Assembly (NCBI GenBank): GCA_963809485.1
Contig: CAWEJX010000007.1
Location: 640,001-704,000, forward strand
Direction: 5' to 3'
Source: an uncultured Acidobacteriota bacterium
GTDB taxonomy: Bacteria > Acidobacteriota > UBA6911
Length of the DNA stretch: 64,000 bases
The notes under the pieces were generated by a model. That model searched no databases and was not told the origin of the DNA. It saw only the letters and a program-made list of their open reading frames with translations. Below are positions 1 to 8,452 of the stretch, piece after piece (the stretch's first letter is position 1; every line of letters starts with the position of its first letter). A program made the translations under genes and the position numbers.

Positions 1-487
1 TCTCTTTCGATCCGGGGCCGGGTCTATCGCATGGGCCCTCAGAATGTTTGCGACTGCCGTATCCGAAATCACGCTTCCGAGATTCGCGACTGCGCCCTGG
101 ATGCGCTTGTAGCCCCAGCGTCGGATTTTCCTTAGCCAATTTGCAGAACGAGTTCACGATCTCCTGCGCAATCGGCGGCCGTCCGGCGCTCTGTCGTCGC
201 TGGCTGTAGTCCCAGTGTCGTGCGACCAATTCACGATGCCAGCGAAGAATCGTTTCCGGAGTTACAATCCCAGCGACCTGCTCGAGCATCTTCCGACCGA
301 GGATCTTGCCTTTGACGGCAAGGCGGCGCCGCTGTTCTTCATTCAGCAGGATTCGTCTTTTCCCCAGCTTCTGCCGCAACACACGATTTTCAACCAGAAG
401 GTATTCGATCACATCCTGCTGCCGACGATTGACCCAGCCAGCGAGAACCAAAAGCAATAACTGCCAGGGGTGCAAAAGTACCTTCAC
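1..487 (-). pseudogene. Integrase-core (DDE) transposase, N-terminal part, frameshifted near 118 and running off the window edge
   Basis: Manual translation from GTG 487 (RBS GGAGGAG) gives VKVLLHPWQLLLLVLAGWVNRRQQDVIEYL...VTPETILRWHRELVARHWDYS...ENPT, then a 1-nt shift to WGYKRIQGAVANLG...AVANILRAHAIDPAPDR. This matches the N-terminus of integrase-core IS proteins. Confidence 0.85.
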
Positions 488-632
488 ATTCTCCTCCGGA
501 ATTGCAGTGAGAATCTGCAGCATCCGGCAACACCGACTGCCTGTCAAGCCTCGTAGTGGACGCAACTGGCTTGCTCGGCAAGCGGTTCTATTTGCAGGCA
601 TTTACGGCACGACTGAGTTTTTTCACCCTACG
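1..632 (-). mobile_element. IS element end carrying the transposase pseudogene; probable terminus near 632
   Basis: Sequence switches abruptly at 632/634 to an unrelated gene fragment. The minus strand reads CGTAGGGTGAAAAAACTCAGTCG at the junction. Confidence 0.5.
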
Positions 633-633
633 C

Positions 634-696
634 CATGGTGAGAGAATGAAGCGCTGTTGGGCTTCTAAAAGGGTCAAGAGCACCAAGCCAGCTTCC
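634..696 (+). pseudogene. 63-bp fragment of a paralog of the basic protein at 3129-3482
   Basis: About 55/63 identical to the reverse complement of 3234-3296; encodes HGERMKRCWASKRVKSTKPAS. Confidence 0.8.
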
Positions 697-697
697 A

Positions 698-1140
698 TCC
701 GCGGATCTCGGTGGAACCGGGCAGCGCGATCCGGCTCGGCGGCGACCTGACGTTGTAGCCGACCTCGCGCCTCGGGATCGGGATCGGCGGCCCCCCCGAC
801 CAGCCCGCGAACTTCGGCCGGATCGTGCTCTCGGTCGGGACCGTCCAACCGGCCGGCACGTTCGCGATCGACGTGTTCGACGAGTACGACCCGGCCGTCA
901 CGGATACGTACCCGGTCATCACCTGCCAGGCGTCGAACTGCAACGGCTTCGGTTCGTTCAGCACCGTCGACACCTTCGTCGGCGCCGCCCGGTTCGACCT
1001 GGTCCGTTCGTTCGACGGCTGGACGCTGCAGGTCATCGAGGACAAGCACGTCGCCGACGAGTCCGGCAACATCGGCCACGGCTTCGCGATCGACGTCGAC
1101 TGGGGAGTCGTCGGCGAAACCGTCGCCGCACCGGGATCCC
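698..1140 (+). pseudogene. High-GC fragment of a large surface protein (beta-rich, FG-GAP-like end), with an internal TAG
   Basis: Frame RISVEPGSAIRLGGDLTL*PTSRLGIGIGG...PAGTFAIDVFDEYDP...GHGFAIDVDWGVVG, with third codon positions almost all G/C, unlike neighbouring genes. Confidence 0.55.
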
Positions 1141-1242
1141 CGGGCTTACATAACGGAATTTTATCGGAAGCTCGGGAGTCCGCCGGGGAGCCCGAGGGTT
1201 CATGGATGGGAACGCCTATTTTGAGAAAGGGCCCTTATTTCA

Positions 1243-1399
1243 CCTAGCGCGGCCCGGGGCCGCAACCAAATACTCGACACTGGCGATGGCCGCGCGCTTT
1301 CAGCTGTCAGCTTTCAGCGCTCAGCTTCCAAATATAAGTGCCAGAGTGCTTGATTCTAAAAGGGAAGTAAAACTTCTTTGCAAAACGCAAAGAAGTCAT
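1243..1399. repeat. ~155-bp dispersed repeat R2, copy 1 (inverted relative to 6458-6613)
   Basis: Reverse-complement alignment by eye with 6458-6613; contains the heptamer run ctttcag-ctgtcag-ctttcag-cgctcag. Confidence 0.85.
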
Positions 1400-1657
1400 A
1401 GATATAGACTCTATCCGCAATCGCAATCAAGCCGATCGGCATCGTCCGTTCGCGAAGGAGGGCCGCGGGTTTCGGACTGCAGGAAGTAAACCGGATTCAA
1501 TTTCCGGGGGGGCTTGCTGCGGCTTTGCCTGAGCCCAACAATTACTTCCCGTCAATAGATGTCTCGGCAGAAAACTCGATTCGCTGGCAATCGGGTCTTT
1601 GAATCTCCGGATCTCTCGAAGTCTCAAAGACCCGCTAAAGCATTTTTGATCGCAGTG

Positions 1658-2329
1658 TTAGGCCTTCGGCTTGGATCTGCCAGGTGCGCCTTTGAATTCC
1701 ATATATCCCATGGTCTGGTAAACTCCGTTGAAGTAGGGCGCCAAATGAAGTGCGCTCCACAATATCGGCTTAGTGACTCTCTTGAAATCAAGAGGGTTAT
1801 GTTCCAGTCCCCTGGGGATATAAAGGACAGTGGCTTGGGTGATGGTGTGTTTTTCATACTCTGTGCCGATAAAGAGCTCAACCTCCGCATCAAAAGACCC
1901 CACGACGTCGGGCAGCGTTGCACCCAGGAGAATAAAATATTCATCAACGTCGTGATGATGGGATTCCAATTCCATTGTGTAGGGCTTCGTAATCAACTGC
2001 CACCCCATGTTCATCCCTGCGCCGGGAAGCACACTCTCGCCCCGAAAATATGCCTGAGGCCCTGGGACCACATCGGGGATGTTGCTGGGCTCTTTTATCT
2101 GTGTGCAGAACAGATGATCATATTTATTGCCTATGGTCCCCTTTGGCCATGGCGGAGGATTCTTGAAAAATTTGGCGGCCGTAGCCTTCTTAGGCGCCGC
2201 GTCCTGGGCGGCCATGACCGGAGCGCCCAATTGCGCGAAAGCGGTTGCGACGGCTATTCCCGCTGTGCTTGCCGTCACATCCTGAAAAAACGACCTTCGA
2301 GTCGTGCCTTCCTTCTTTGTAGAACTCAT
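1658..2329 (-). CDS. Tat-exported cupin-fold protein (paralog 1)
   Basis: TRRSFF Tat motif plus hydrophobic stretch; cupin metal motif HHHDVDE...IPRGLEHNP; RBS AGGAG. Confidence 0.85.
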   Translation of the reverse strand: MSSTKKEGTTRRSFFQDVTASTAGIAVATAFAQLGAPVMAAQDAAPKKATAAKFFKNPPPWPKGTIGNKYDHLFCTQIKEPSNIPDVVPGPQAYFRGESVLPGAGMNMGWQLITKPYTMELESHHHDVDEYFILLGATLPDVVGSFDAEVELFIGTEYEKHTITQATVLYIPRGLEHNPLDFKRVTKPILWSALHLAPYFNGVYQTMGYMEFKGAPGRSKPKA

Positions 2330-3128
2330 CGGTATCTCCTATCTTGGGTGGTTGAGGTAATTGGTTATATCGAATTTGCCGGAGATCGGCAACGGGAATG
2401 AATGTTCTTATTACCGCCGGCAATTGTCTGGCCATTTAAGGGCTCCCGGATAGTCTTAGGCGAAACAACTCACTCATACACGCGGTGTCACCCGGAATTC
2501 CTTTTGTTTCGGATTTTATTGCAATTGAAAACCGGATTACCCCCCTCGCAACGGCAGTCGAACTGCATCCCTTTTCAAGAATCACATGCATAAGCAAACT
2601 TGAGTGTTCGACAATTATCTTATCGAGCGTATACAAGTGCAATGAGATTTGTTCTCTGTGGATGGCAGGGTTATTTTCGGTAGCCGACAGCGAGGAGATC
2701 TAAAAATACTACCTTCCTGTACGACCGGGTTGAAGAAACCCACGTCCGAACAAACAATGGTCCGGAACCCCCCAGCTGAGAAATGATTTTTTCATGATCC
2801 GATAGCTTACTTCCAGGCAAGAAAAACGTCATTGGTGAGGACAACGGACGCAGCACTTTTTTTGATCATATCGAACTCATATTTTATTGAATCAAATATT
2901 CTATTTCAGGAAGTTGCTGCGGTGGTTCCTGCTGCCACTTCTGTGAAAAAATCCCTTCGCGTGATGTCGGCTCTGTCAGATCTGTCATCGGAAGGATGGA
3001 TTATCGATGGGCCGCACGGGAAGCAACCCACGATGAAGCACGACGCCGACCGGCATATTTACGGGTATGCGCTGATGCGGACGGTGCATTGAGCAGGACA
3101 AAATCGGCTGGCCTTCGTGTCTTCAGGG

Positions 3129-3482
3129 TCAGCGCTTGTTTGCATCGCCCTTTGGGGCGAGTTTCTTCTGAGGAGCCGATGATTTCTTCGCCTTTTCTTC
3201 TTTCACACCGCCCGCTGGTGTCGGTTTGGGCTCGGAAGCCGGTTTGGTGCTCTTGACCCTTTTCGAAGCCCAATACCGCTTCATTCTCTCGCTGTGGGCC
3301 TTCCGTTCGGCAGGAGTTTTTCTCCTGCTGCGGGGGCCGGCTGATGGAACGGATCTACTTTCCCGGGCGGCCGATCCGGTGCCTTTTAGTTCAGCCTCTA
3401 ATGTCTCGATTTCAGCCTCGATTCCCGCCTTGCGGCGCGGAAGCTCTTCCAGTGCCAGTTCCAACAAACGGTTGCGATCCAT
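3129..3482 (-). CDS. Small basic protein with N-terminal coiled coil (putative DNA-binding/nucleoid-associated)
   Basis: LELALEEL..IEAEIETLEAEL coiled coil, then RKAHSERMKRYWA and a K/R/P/A-rich tail; RBS GAGAGGG. Confidence 0.65.
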   Translation of the reverse strand: MDRNRLLELALEELPRRKAGIEAEIETLEAELKGTGSAARESRSVPSAGPRSRRKTPAERKAHSERMKRYWASKRVKSTKPASEPKPTPAGGVKEEKAKKSSAPQKKLAPKGDANKR

Positions 3483-3697
3483 GGTCCCTCTCTTGCCATT
3501 GAGATAGCAAAGGCGTCAATATAGAAGCGTGTGTAGCTGAATAGCAAGCAGGATCGAAAAGTCGGCGAGGTGTACAATTGGGCGTTATTTCCTCGATCGC
3601 GATTTCGTGGGAATAACCGGTCGAAGCTCACGGCGGGAAGTTTATATCCCATCCGGAACTATGGCATTCAGACCACATCTTGGATTACAATCGCCAT

Positions 3698-3814
3698 ATG
3701 ATTACGCTTAGCGTGGAGCTCGAGCAGGAAGAGGACGGCAGGTGGATTGCCGAGGTCACTGAACTTCCGGGCGTTGTCGCCTATGGTGACACCCCCCCGG
3801 GATGCGCTGTCGGT
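3698..3814 (+). pseudogene. hicB: HicB-family antitoxin N-terminus, truncated by TIR element copy 1
   Basis: MITLSVELEQEEDGRWIAEVTELPGVVAYGDTP is a typical HicB N-terminus; it breaks in a C7 run and the stutter follows. Confidence 0.8.
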
Positions 3815-3860
3815 CTAACGGGGTCGGTCTAACGGGGGGTCTAACGGGGTCGGGTCTAAC

Positions 3861-4105
3861 GGGGTCGGACCACGATAAGTCCTTCATGCAATTATTGATA
3901 GCCTAAATAAGAAGAGGGAAAACATGTCCTAGGCGCAATTTTGGGACCCATTTATTGCGCGCAAGCATATAGCTATTCGCATCAGAATTCCGTCTATTTC
4001 TGAAAGTCAAAACATACCCCTCGAATTCCTTGTCCAAGGCCTTTGTAGATATATAAAATTGCATCTATCCATTTGGATGCCCATAATTTATCGTGGTCCG
4101 ACCCC
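3861..4105 (+). mobile_element. MITE-like TIR element R1, copy 1 (245 bp)
   Basis: Perfect 18-bp TIRs GGGGTCGGACCACGATAA / TTATCGTGGTCCGACCCC; body closely matches 5266-5514 and 7809-8053; three partial end copies precede it (3815-3855). Confidence 0.85.
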
Positions 4106-4212
4106 GATCCCCGGAGCGGACCAATCCCAATTCATGCATTACAACCGTGTGATCCGGAGAGATTTGTTGTGTCTGTTTTGCGTCCTGGCAGCAACCCCTT
4201 GTTGGCCCAAAA

Positions 4213-4260
4213 TGTCGGAAATCCTTACAGAATAGCTAAAGATTGTAAGAATCTTTTACA
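4213..4260. promoter_or_regulatory. Two TGT-N11-ACA sites, a probable enhancer for a sigma54 activator
   Basis: TGTcggaaatccttACA (4213-4229) and TGTaagaatcttttACA (4244-4260), 125-170 bp upstream of a -24/-12 promoter. Confidence 0.6.
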
Positions 4261-4383
4261 TGAAAGGCTCTCAACAAAGCACGCGCTTCAAATGCGGCCA
4301 TGATTTTGTAGATCGCACTATTTCATTGATCCAGTTATGCTTAGACCAGACAAGCGACCATTCGCGGTTTGTTTCGCCAATTA

Positions 4384-4399
4384 TGGCATCCTAATTGCT
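4384..4399 (+). promoter_or_regulatory. sigma54 (-24/-12) promoter
   Basis: TGGCAT-CCTAA-TTGCT matches TGGCAC-N5-TTGCW, 35 bp before the PEP-CTERM start. Confidence 0.75.
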
Positions 4400-4434
4400 T
4401 GATTCAATCCAAAATCAATGAGCCGAGGTGCGCT

Positions 4435-5157
4435 ATGAGGACAATAACTCCAAGTCTTACACTTGTGCTTTTTTGCCTTGTGCTTAATCCTGTTGTGTTT
4501 GCTGATCCGCTTACCAACGGGGGGTTCGAAACAGGACTGGCCCCGTGGACTTCCATCGGCACTGCAGGATCCACCGGGTCGGTGACGGCTGGCTCGCTGA
4601 CACTCGATCCCTTTGATGGTGCCGCCCAGGGATTTGCTCAATCCGGATATGGCCTAAGCGCTGTCCCCTTATACACAGATGGGGCGGGCGGTGATCTATT
4701 CAGCTTCGCCGGTTTGACGGATCCCAGCATTTTGCCGCCGGACTACGCGAGCTTTAGCGGTTCTGCAATTAGGCAGACATTCACGGCAAATGCGGGTGAT
4801 GTACTTTCCATGCAATACAATGTTGCAACCAACAGCGGTGAAGGCTCTCAGGGGGATCCTGCGGCACTCATTATTCTTGCGAGTGATGGATTGCTTGATC
4901 TTTTTATCAATGATGCCGACTTTGGCGTAACCGATTGGAATGAATTGGGGTACCTGCCGTACACGTACACGTTTTTGGAAGGAGGAAATTTTGCCTTAAC
5001 CGTGTTAACCGTCGATGAAAATGATAGCCCTGTCAGTACTTACCTATTCGTCGACAATGCAGAGATCACAGCGATTCCTGAACCCGCCTCCTTCCTGCTC
5101 CTGGGCACGGGATTGGGTGTAGTGAGCCTGATTGTTTATAGGAAAAAAAGGAAATAA
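4435..5157 (+). CDS. PEP-CTERM sorting-domain protein
   Basis: Signal peptide, NGGFETG motif, C-terminal IPEPASFLLLGTGLGVVSLIVYRKKRK. Confidence 0.92.
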   Translation: MRTITPSLTLVLFCLVLNPVVFADPLTNGGFETGLAPWTSIGTAGSTGSVTAGSLTLDPFDGAAQGFAQSGYGLSAVPLYTDGAGGDLFSFAGLTDPSILPPDYASFSGSAIRQTFTANAGDVLSMQYNVATNSGEGSQGDPAALIILASDGLLDLFINDADFGVTDWNELGYLPYTYTFLEGGNFALTVLTVDENDSPVSTYLFVDNAEITAIPEPASFLLLGTGLGVVSLIVYRKKRK

Positions 5158-5190
5158 CAGCCTCACCCACACCAGTAACACCTGCTAAGT

Positions 5191-5218
5191 GAGGCCGCCC
5201 TGAGCGGCGGCCCTCTTT
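5191..5218 (+). terminator. Probable intrinsic terminator
   Basis: GGCCGCC-ctgagc-GGCGGCC hairpin followed by ctcttt, after the PEP-CTERM stop. Confidence 0.5.
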
Positions 5219-5265
5219 GCGCAGGATCAATACATTTTGCTTACAGACTAACGGGGTCGACTAAC

Positions 5266-5514
5266 GGGGTCGGACCACGATAAGTCCTTCATGGAATTAT
5301 TGATAGCCTAAATATGAAGAGGTAAACATGTCTTAGGCGCAATTTTGGGACCCCTTTATTGTATTGCGCGCAAGCATATAGCTATTCGCATCAGAATTCC
5401 GTCTATTGCTGAAAGTCAAAACATACCCCTCGAATTCCTTGTCCAAGGCCTTTGTAGATATATAAAATTGCATCTATCCATTTGGATGCCCATAATTTAT
5501 CGTGGTCCGACCCC
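5266..5514 (+). mobile_element. MITE-like TIR element R1, copy 2
   Basis: Same TIRs and body as copy 1; preceded by the gactaacggggtc stutter and followed by gatccccgg. Confidence 0.85.
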
Positions 5515-5820
5515 GATCCCCGGAAAGCTCTGCCGGATTAATCCCCCAGGGGCCGTGCATAGGAACGCTTGGTTAAGACACGTATTGAATGAGCGAATTG
5601 CATTTAACGAAATTTTTCGTCTCTGGCGGTCAGCAAAGGGCCGTTCTTGGTAGCGGCCTTTTGCCGCCATGGATATGCTTTCCAGCCTCAGCCTTGACCG
5701 CATTTAATCGGCTTCACAGATACTCAAGCAAAGCGAAACAGAATGATTTCCTGCGACGGGGAAGACGCCGGCCAAAATCGGAGCATCACTCTCGCAGTCA
5801 TCCAGGGGAGAGGACGTAAA

Positions 5821-6354
5821 ATGAAAAAATCAAAATATGAAAAATATATCGTCAGGAAAGGAGTGGGCCATCCTGCAGGCGCCCAGGTGATCTTCTCCAG
5901 CGACCTCGTTGCCGACGCCAAAACAAAGATCGAATATATCTATATTAATAATGACGTTGCAGTTGGGACGGGCAAAGATTTCCCTCCGCACAAACACGAC
6001 TACGAGGAGATATTTCTTTTCCTGAGCACAGATCCCAAGGACACAACCACGCTTGGAGCAAAAGTCGAGTTTTGGCTTGGCCAAGGCAGCGATGCGGAAA
6101 AATTGGTTTTCACCACTCCATCCGCCATATACGTTGCTCCTGGAGTAGTCCATTTCCCTCAAATATGGAAAAACGTACGACGTCCCGTACTGCTGATTGT
6201 AGTAATGCCCACTACCGGTGAAAGCAAGATTGAACCAGCGCCGAGTCGCAGGACGGCGACGATGCGCCGAGTTGTCCGGGTTGCACAGCGAAGGAAGGGA
6301 CCGGGGCAGGCGGGGAAAGAGGCAGGAGAATCCGGGCAAAAGGAGCGCAAATGA
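5821..6354 (+). CDS. Cupin-fold protein (paralog 2, no signal peptide)
   Basis: RBS GAGAGGA; SKYEKYIV start motif; PHKHDYEE...VAPGVVHFP. The C-terminal ~35 aa look like non-homologous read-through. Confidence 0.8.
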   Translation: MKKSKYEKYIVRKGVGHPAGAQVIFSSDLVADAKTKIEYIYINNDVAVGTGKDFPPHKHDYEEIFLFLSTDPKDTTTLGAKVEFWLGQGSDAEKLVFTTPSAIYVAPGVVHFPQIWKNVRRPVLLIVVMPTTGESKIEPAPSRRTATMRRVVRVAQRRKGPGQAGKEAGESGQKERK

Positions 6355-6422
6355 CATTGCGGATGGTCCGGAAATGCCAGCGCCGAAATTTAATCTAATG
6401 GGGTAATCTAATGGGGTCTAAT

Positions 6423-6460
6423 GGGGTCGGACCACGATAAGTCCTTCATGGAATTATTGA
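6423..6460 (+). mobile_element. R1 copy 3: left end only, cut by repeat R2
   Basis: ctaatggggt stutter x3 (6391-6427), then GGGGTCGGACCACGATAAGTCCTTCATGGAATTATTGA, then R2. Confidence 0.8.
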
Positions 6461-6613
6461 CTTCTTTGCGTTTTGCAAAGAAGTTTTTCTTCCCTTCTAG
6501 AATCAGGCACTTTTGCGCCTATATTTGGAAGCTGACCGCTGAAAGCTGGCAGCTGATAGCGCGCGGCCATCGTCAACGTTTCATTTTGGTTGCGACCTCG
6601 GGCCGCACTAGGC
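6458..6613. repeat. Dispersed repeat R2, copy 2
   Basis: Reverse complement of 1243-1399. Confidence 0.85.
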
Positions 6614-6743
6614 GGAATTACCTGCAATTTCCACTAATCCCCAATAGCATTAGCACCTCCACATCTGATAGGAAGCCTTATGGGAAACAGGCTACTTAAT
6701 GCAAACTGCAAGAACGGCAAAGAAGGAAGTGAGCTTTGTCAGC

Positions 6744-6929
6744 TTATCGACGCTTGGTTTTTTGACGATATTCTTTGGTGAGATCTATGATTTTGCCATC
6801 TTTGATGACATAGACCGGCGTGCCGGTCTGGAGCCCTATTGCCAGCGCCTTTTTAGCCGCCCTCCGGAGAGCTTTCTCTGAAGCAATGATATCGGGATCC
6901 TTCGAACCCATCGCTTTTATTTTCTTCAT
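6744..6929 (-). CDS. Small protein coupled to the zeta-toxin-like ATPase (putative partner/antitoxin)
   Basis: Start overlaps the upstream stop (ATGA); ALRRAAKKA...GTPVYVIKDGKI is the type of small ORF seen beside these ATPases. Confidence 0.7.
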   Translation of the reverse strand: MKKIKAMGSKDPDIIASEKALRRAAKKALAIGLQTGTPVYVIKDGKIIDLTKEYRQKTKRR

Positions 6930-7450
6930 ATGTTATCTCCAGCGGCAAACAATCTTGGCACCGATCCGGAATTGTCGTATAAAACCCAACTGTTTACCAG
7001 GTTACGATAAATGGTTTCGAAGTTTCTCAACCCCGCATCAAATCGTCTTCGGATTACGTCCTCCGGTACCGAATGTCCTCCTTGGGCAACACGAGATGAC
7101 ACCCTTGCCGCCGCCAAATCGGGTGTCGGCAAACTGAGAAAGAGAGGTTTCACATAGTATCCCTCTTTGCGCCAGTCCGGGATGAGCCGAGCATAATGAC
7201 GGCCGGACAATGTTGTTTCGAACGCAAAGCTCTCTCCACTGCGAATTCGTCTCTGAATCTCCAAAATCATCAATCGGCCGGCTCTGAGGGACGCCCGTTC
7301 AGGATCAAAAGGCGACAGCCCTGCCGCTATCAGGTCAACATTGACAAAATCCGGACAGTCCGCCTCCTTTGGAAGGAACTCCCTGGCGAAGGTGGTTTTC
7401 CCCGCGCCATTGGGGCCGGCTATTATAAAAATCTTCTTGCCAGAACTCAT
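6926..7450 (-). CDS. Zeta-toxin-family / predicted P-loop ATPase
   Basis: IIAGPNGAGKTT Walker A, FAFETTLS, RVAQGGHSVPEDVIRRR, YDNS motifs. Confidence 0.9.
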   Translation of the reverse strand: MSSGKKIFIIAGPNGAGKTTFAREFLPKEADCPDFVNVDLIAAGLSPFDPERASLRAGRLMILEIQRRIRSGESFAFETTLSGRHYARLIPDWRKEGYYVKPLFLSLPTPDLAAARVSSRVAQGGHSVPEDVIRRRFDAGLRNFETIYRNLVNSWVLYDNSGSVPRLFAAGDNI

Positions 7451-7549
7451 GGGTTGGTGCCCTGTCTTGTCCGTTCAGCAATCATTAGTTGCAGATTATC
7501 TTGTCAAAGGCAAGCCGCATTTGTATGCCGAACAAGACCGCTCAGATGC

Positions 7550-7800
7550 TCAGGACACGCTCTCCGCATCCGCTTCTTTCAGTCCGGAAACCAAAACCAT
7601 CAGATGTTTGCTCCAGGATTCCAGCGCTTGGCGCTTTTCCTTATCATAGGAATGACGATCATAAACCGCAGTAACTCCCGGTTCGACATGATTCAGAATT
7701 TTCTGAACTGTCAGCCTTTGGATTCCCATGCCGGTCATCATGCTCGCTGCAGTGCGACGCAGATCATGGCCTCTGAAGGATATCCCAGTGGTTTCAGGTC
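7550..7800 (-). pseudogene. Tyrosine integrase C-terminal fragment, truncated by R1 copy 4
   Basis: FRGHDLRRTAASMM...ILNHVEPGVTAVYDRHSY contains the catalytic H-x-x-R, H and Y; everything N-terminal is replaced by the element. Confidence 0.85.
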
Positions 7801-7808
7801 CGACTAGC

Positions 7809-8053
7809 GGGGTCGGACCACGATAAGTCCTTCATGGAATTATTGATAGCTTAAATATGAAGAGGGAAAACATGTCCCAGGCGCAATTTTAGGACCCATT
7901 TATTGCGCGCAAGCATATAGCTATTCGCATCAGAATCCCGTCTATTTCTTAAAGTCAAAATATACCCCTCGAATTCTCTGTTTAAAGCCTTCGTGGATAT
8001 ACAAAATCGCATCTTTCCATTTTGATGCCCATAATTTATCGTGGTCCGACCCC
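7809..8053 (+). mobile_element. MITE-like TIR element R1, copy 4
   Basis: Same TIRs; slightly more diverged body; right flank stutter gataccccgattcc. Confidence 0.85.
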
Positions 8054-8452
8054 GATACCCCGATTCCTGCAGCCACCGGTCCCTCGAAAACAGGAGCCAA
8101 GGCCGCGTCTTCTGAGGCGGATTTCTCGTCCCGGCAAATCATGGCGATGGAGTCCCCGTCGTTCGTCTGAGCGATGCCGTGGACGGGTAGAACCAAAAGC
8201 CCTTTCCACGATTGTGAGAAAAGCAGGAATGCGATAAAGGTCCGGCTCTTGTTTTCGGGATTCGCTGTTTAAACGGCGAGCCTGATACAGCCTGGTAATA
8301 TGTATCTTATAGGGTACAGTATTGGCGTGCGCTGCTTTACGGCCAACAGGAATTCCTGAACTGAAAAACAAACGTCAGACTGCCTGAAAGGCCGAAGCTT
8401 GCCCGTCGGGCCAAATTCTTCCGCGAAAATCCATGCAATCCGTGGCGTTGTT

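Noticed and set aside
215-460. ORF MSCDQFT...
   Set aside because: Antisense shadow of the transposase pseudogene.
3815-3880. Possible CRISPR array
   Set aside because: Units are 12-15 bp with no spacers and no cas genes; they are stuttered element ends.
7550-7800. Integron integrase driving the cassette-like array
   Set aside because: Only a C-terminal fragment of phage-type appearance is present, and no attC-like GTT/AAC sites were recognised.
4073-8371. ORFs containing GPTPIP, GIGVGPR or GSDHDK
   Set aside because: Translations of the R1 repeat, not genes.
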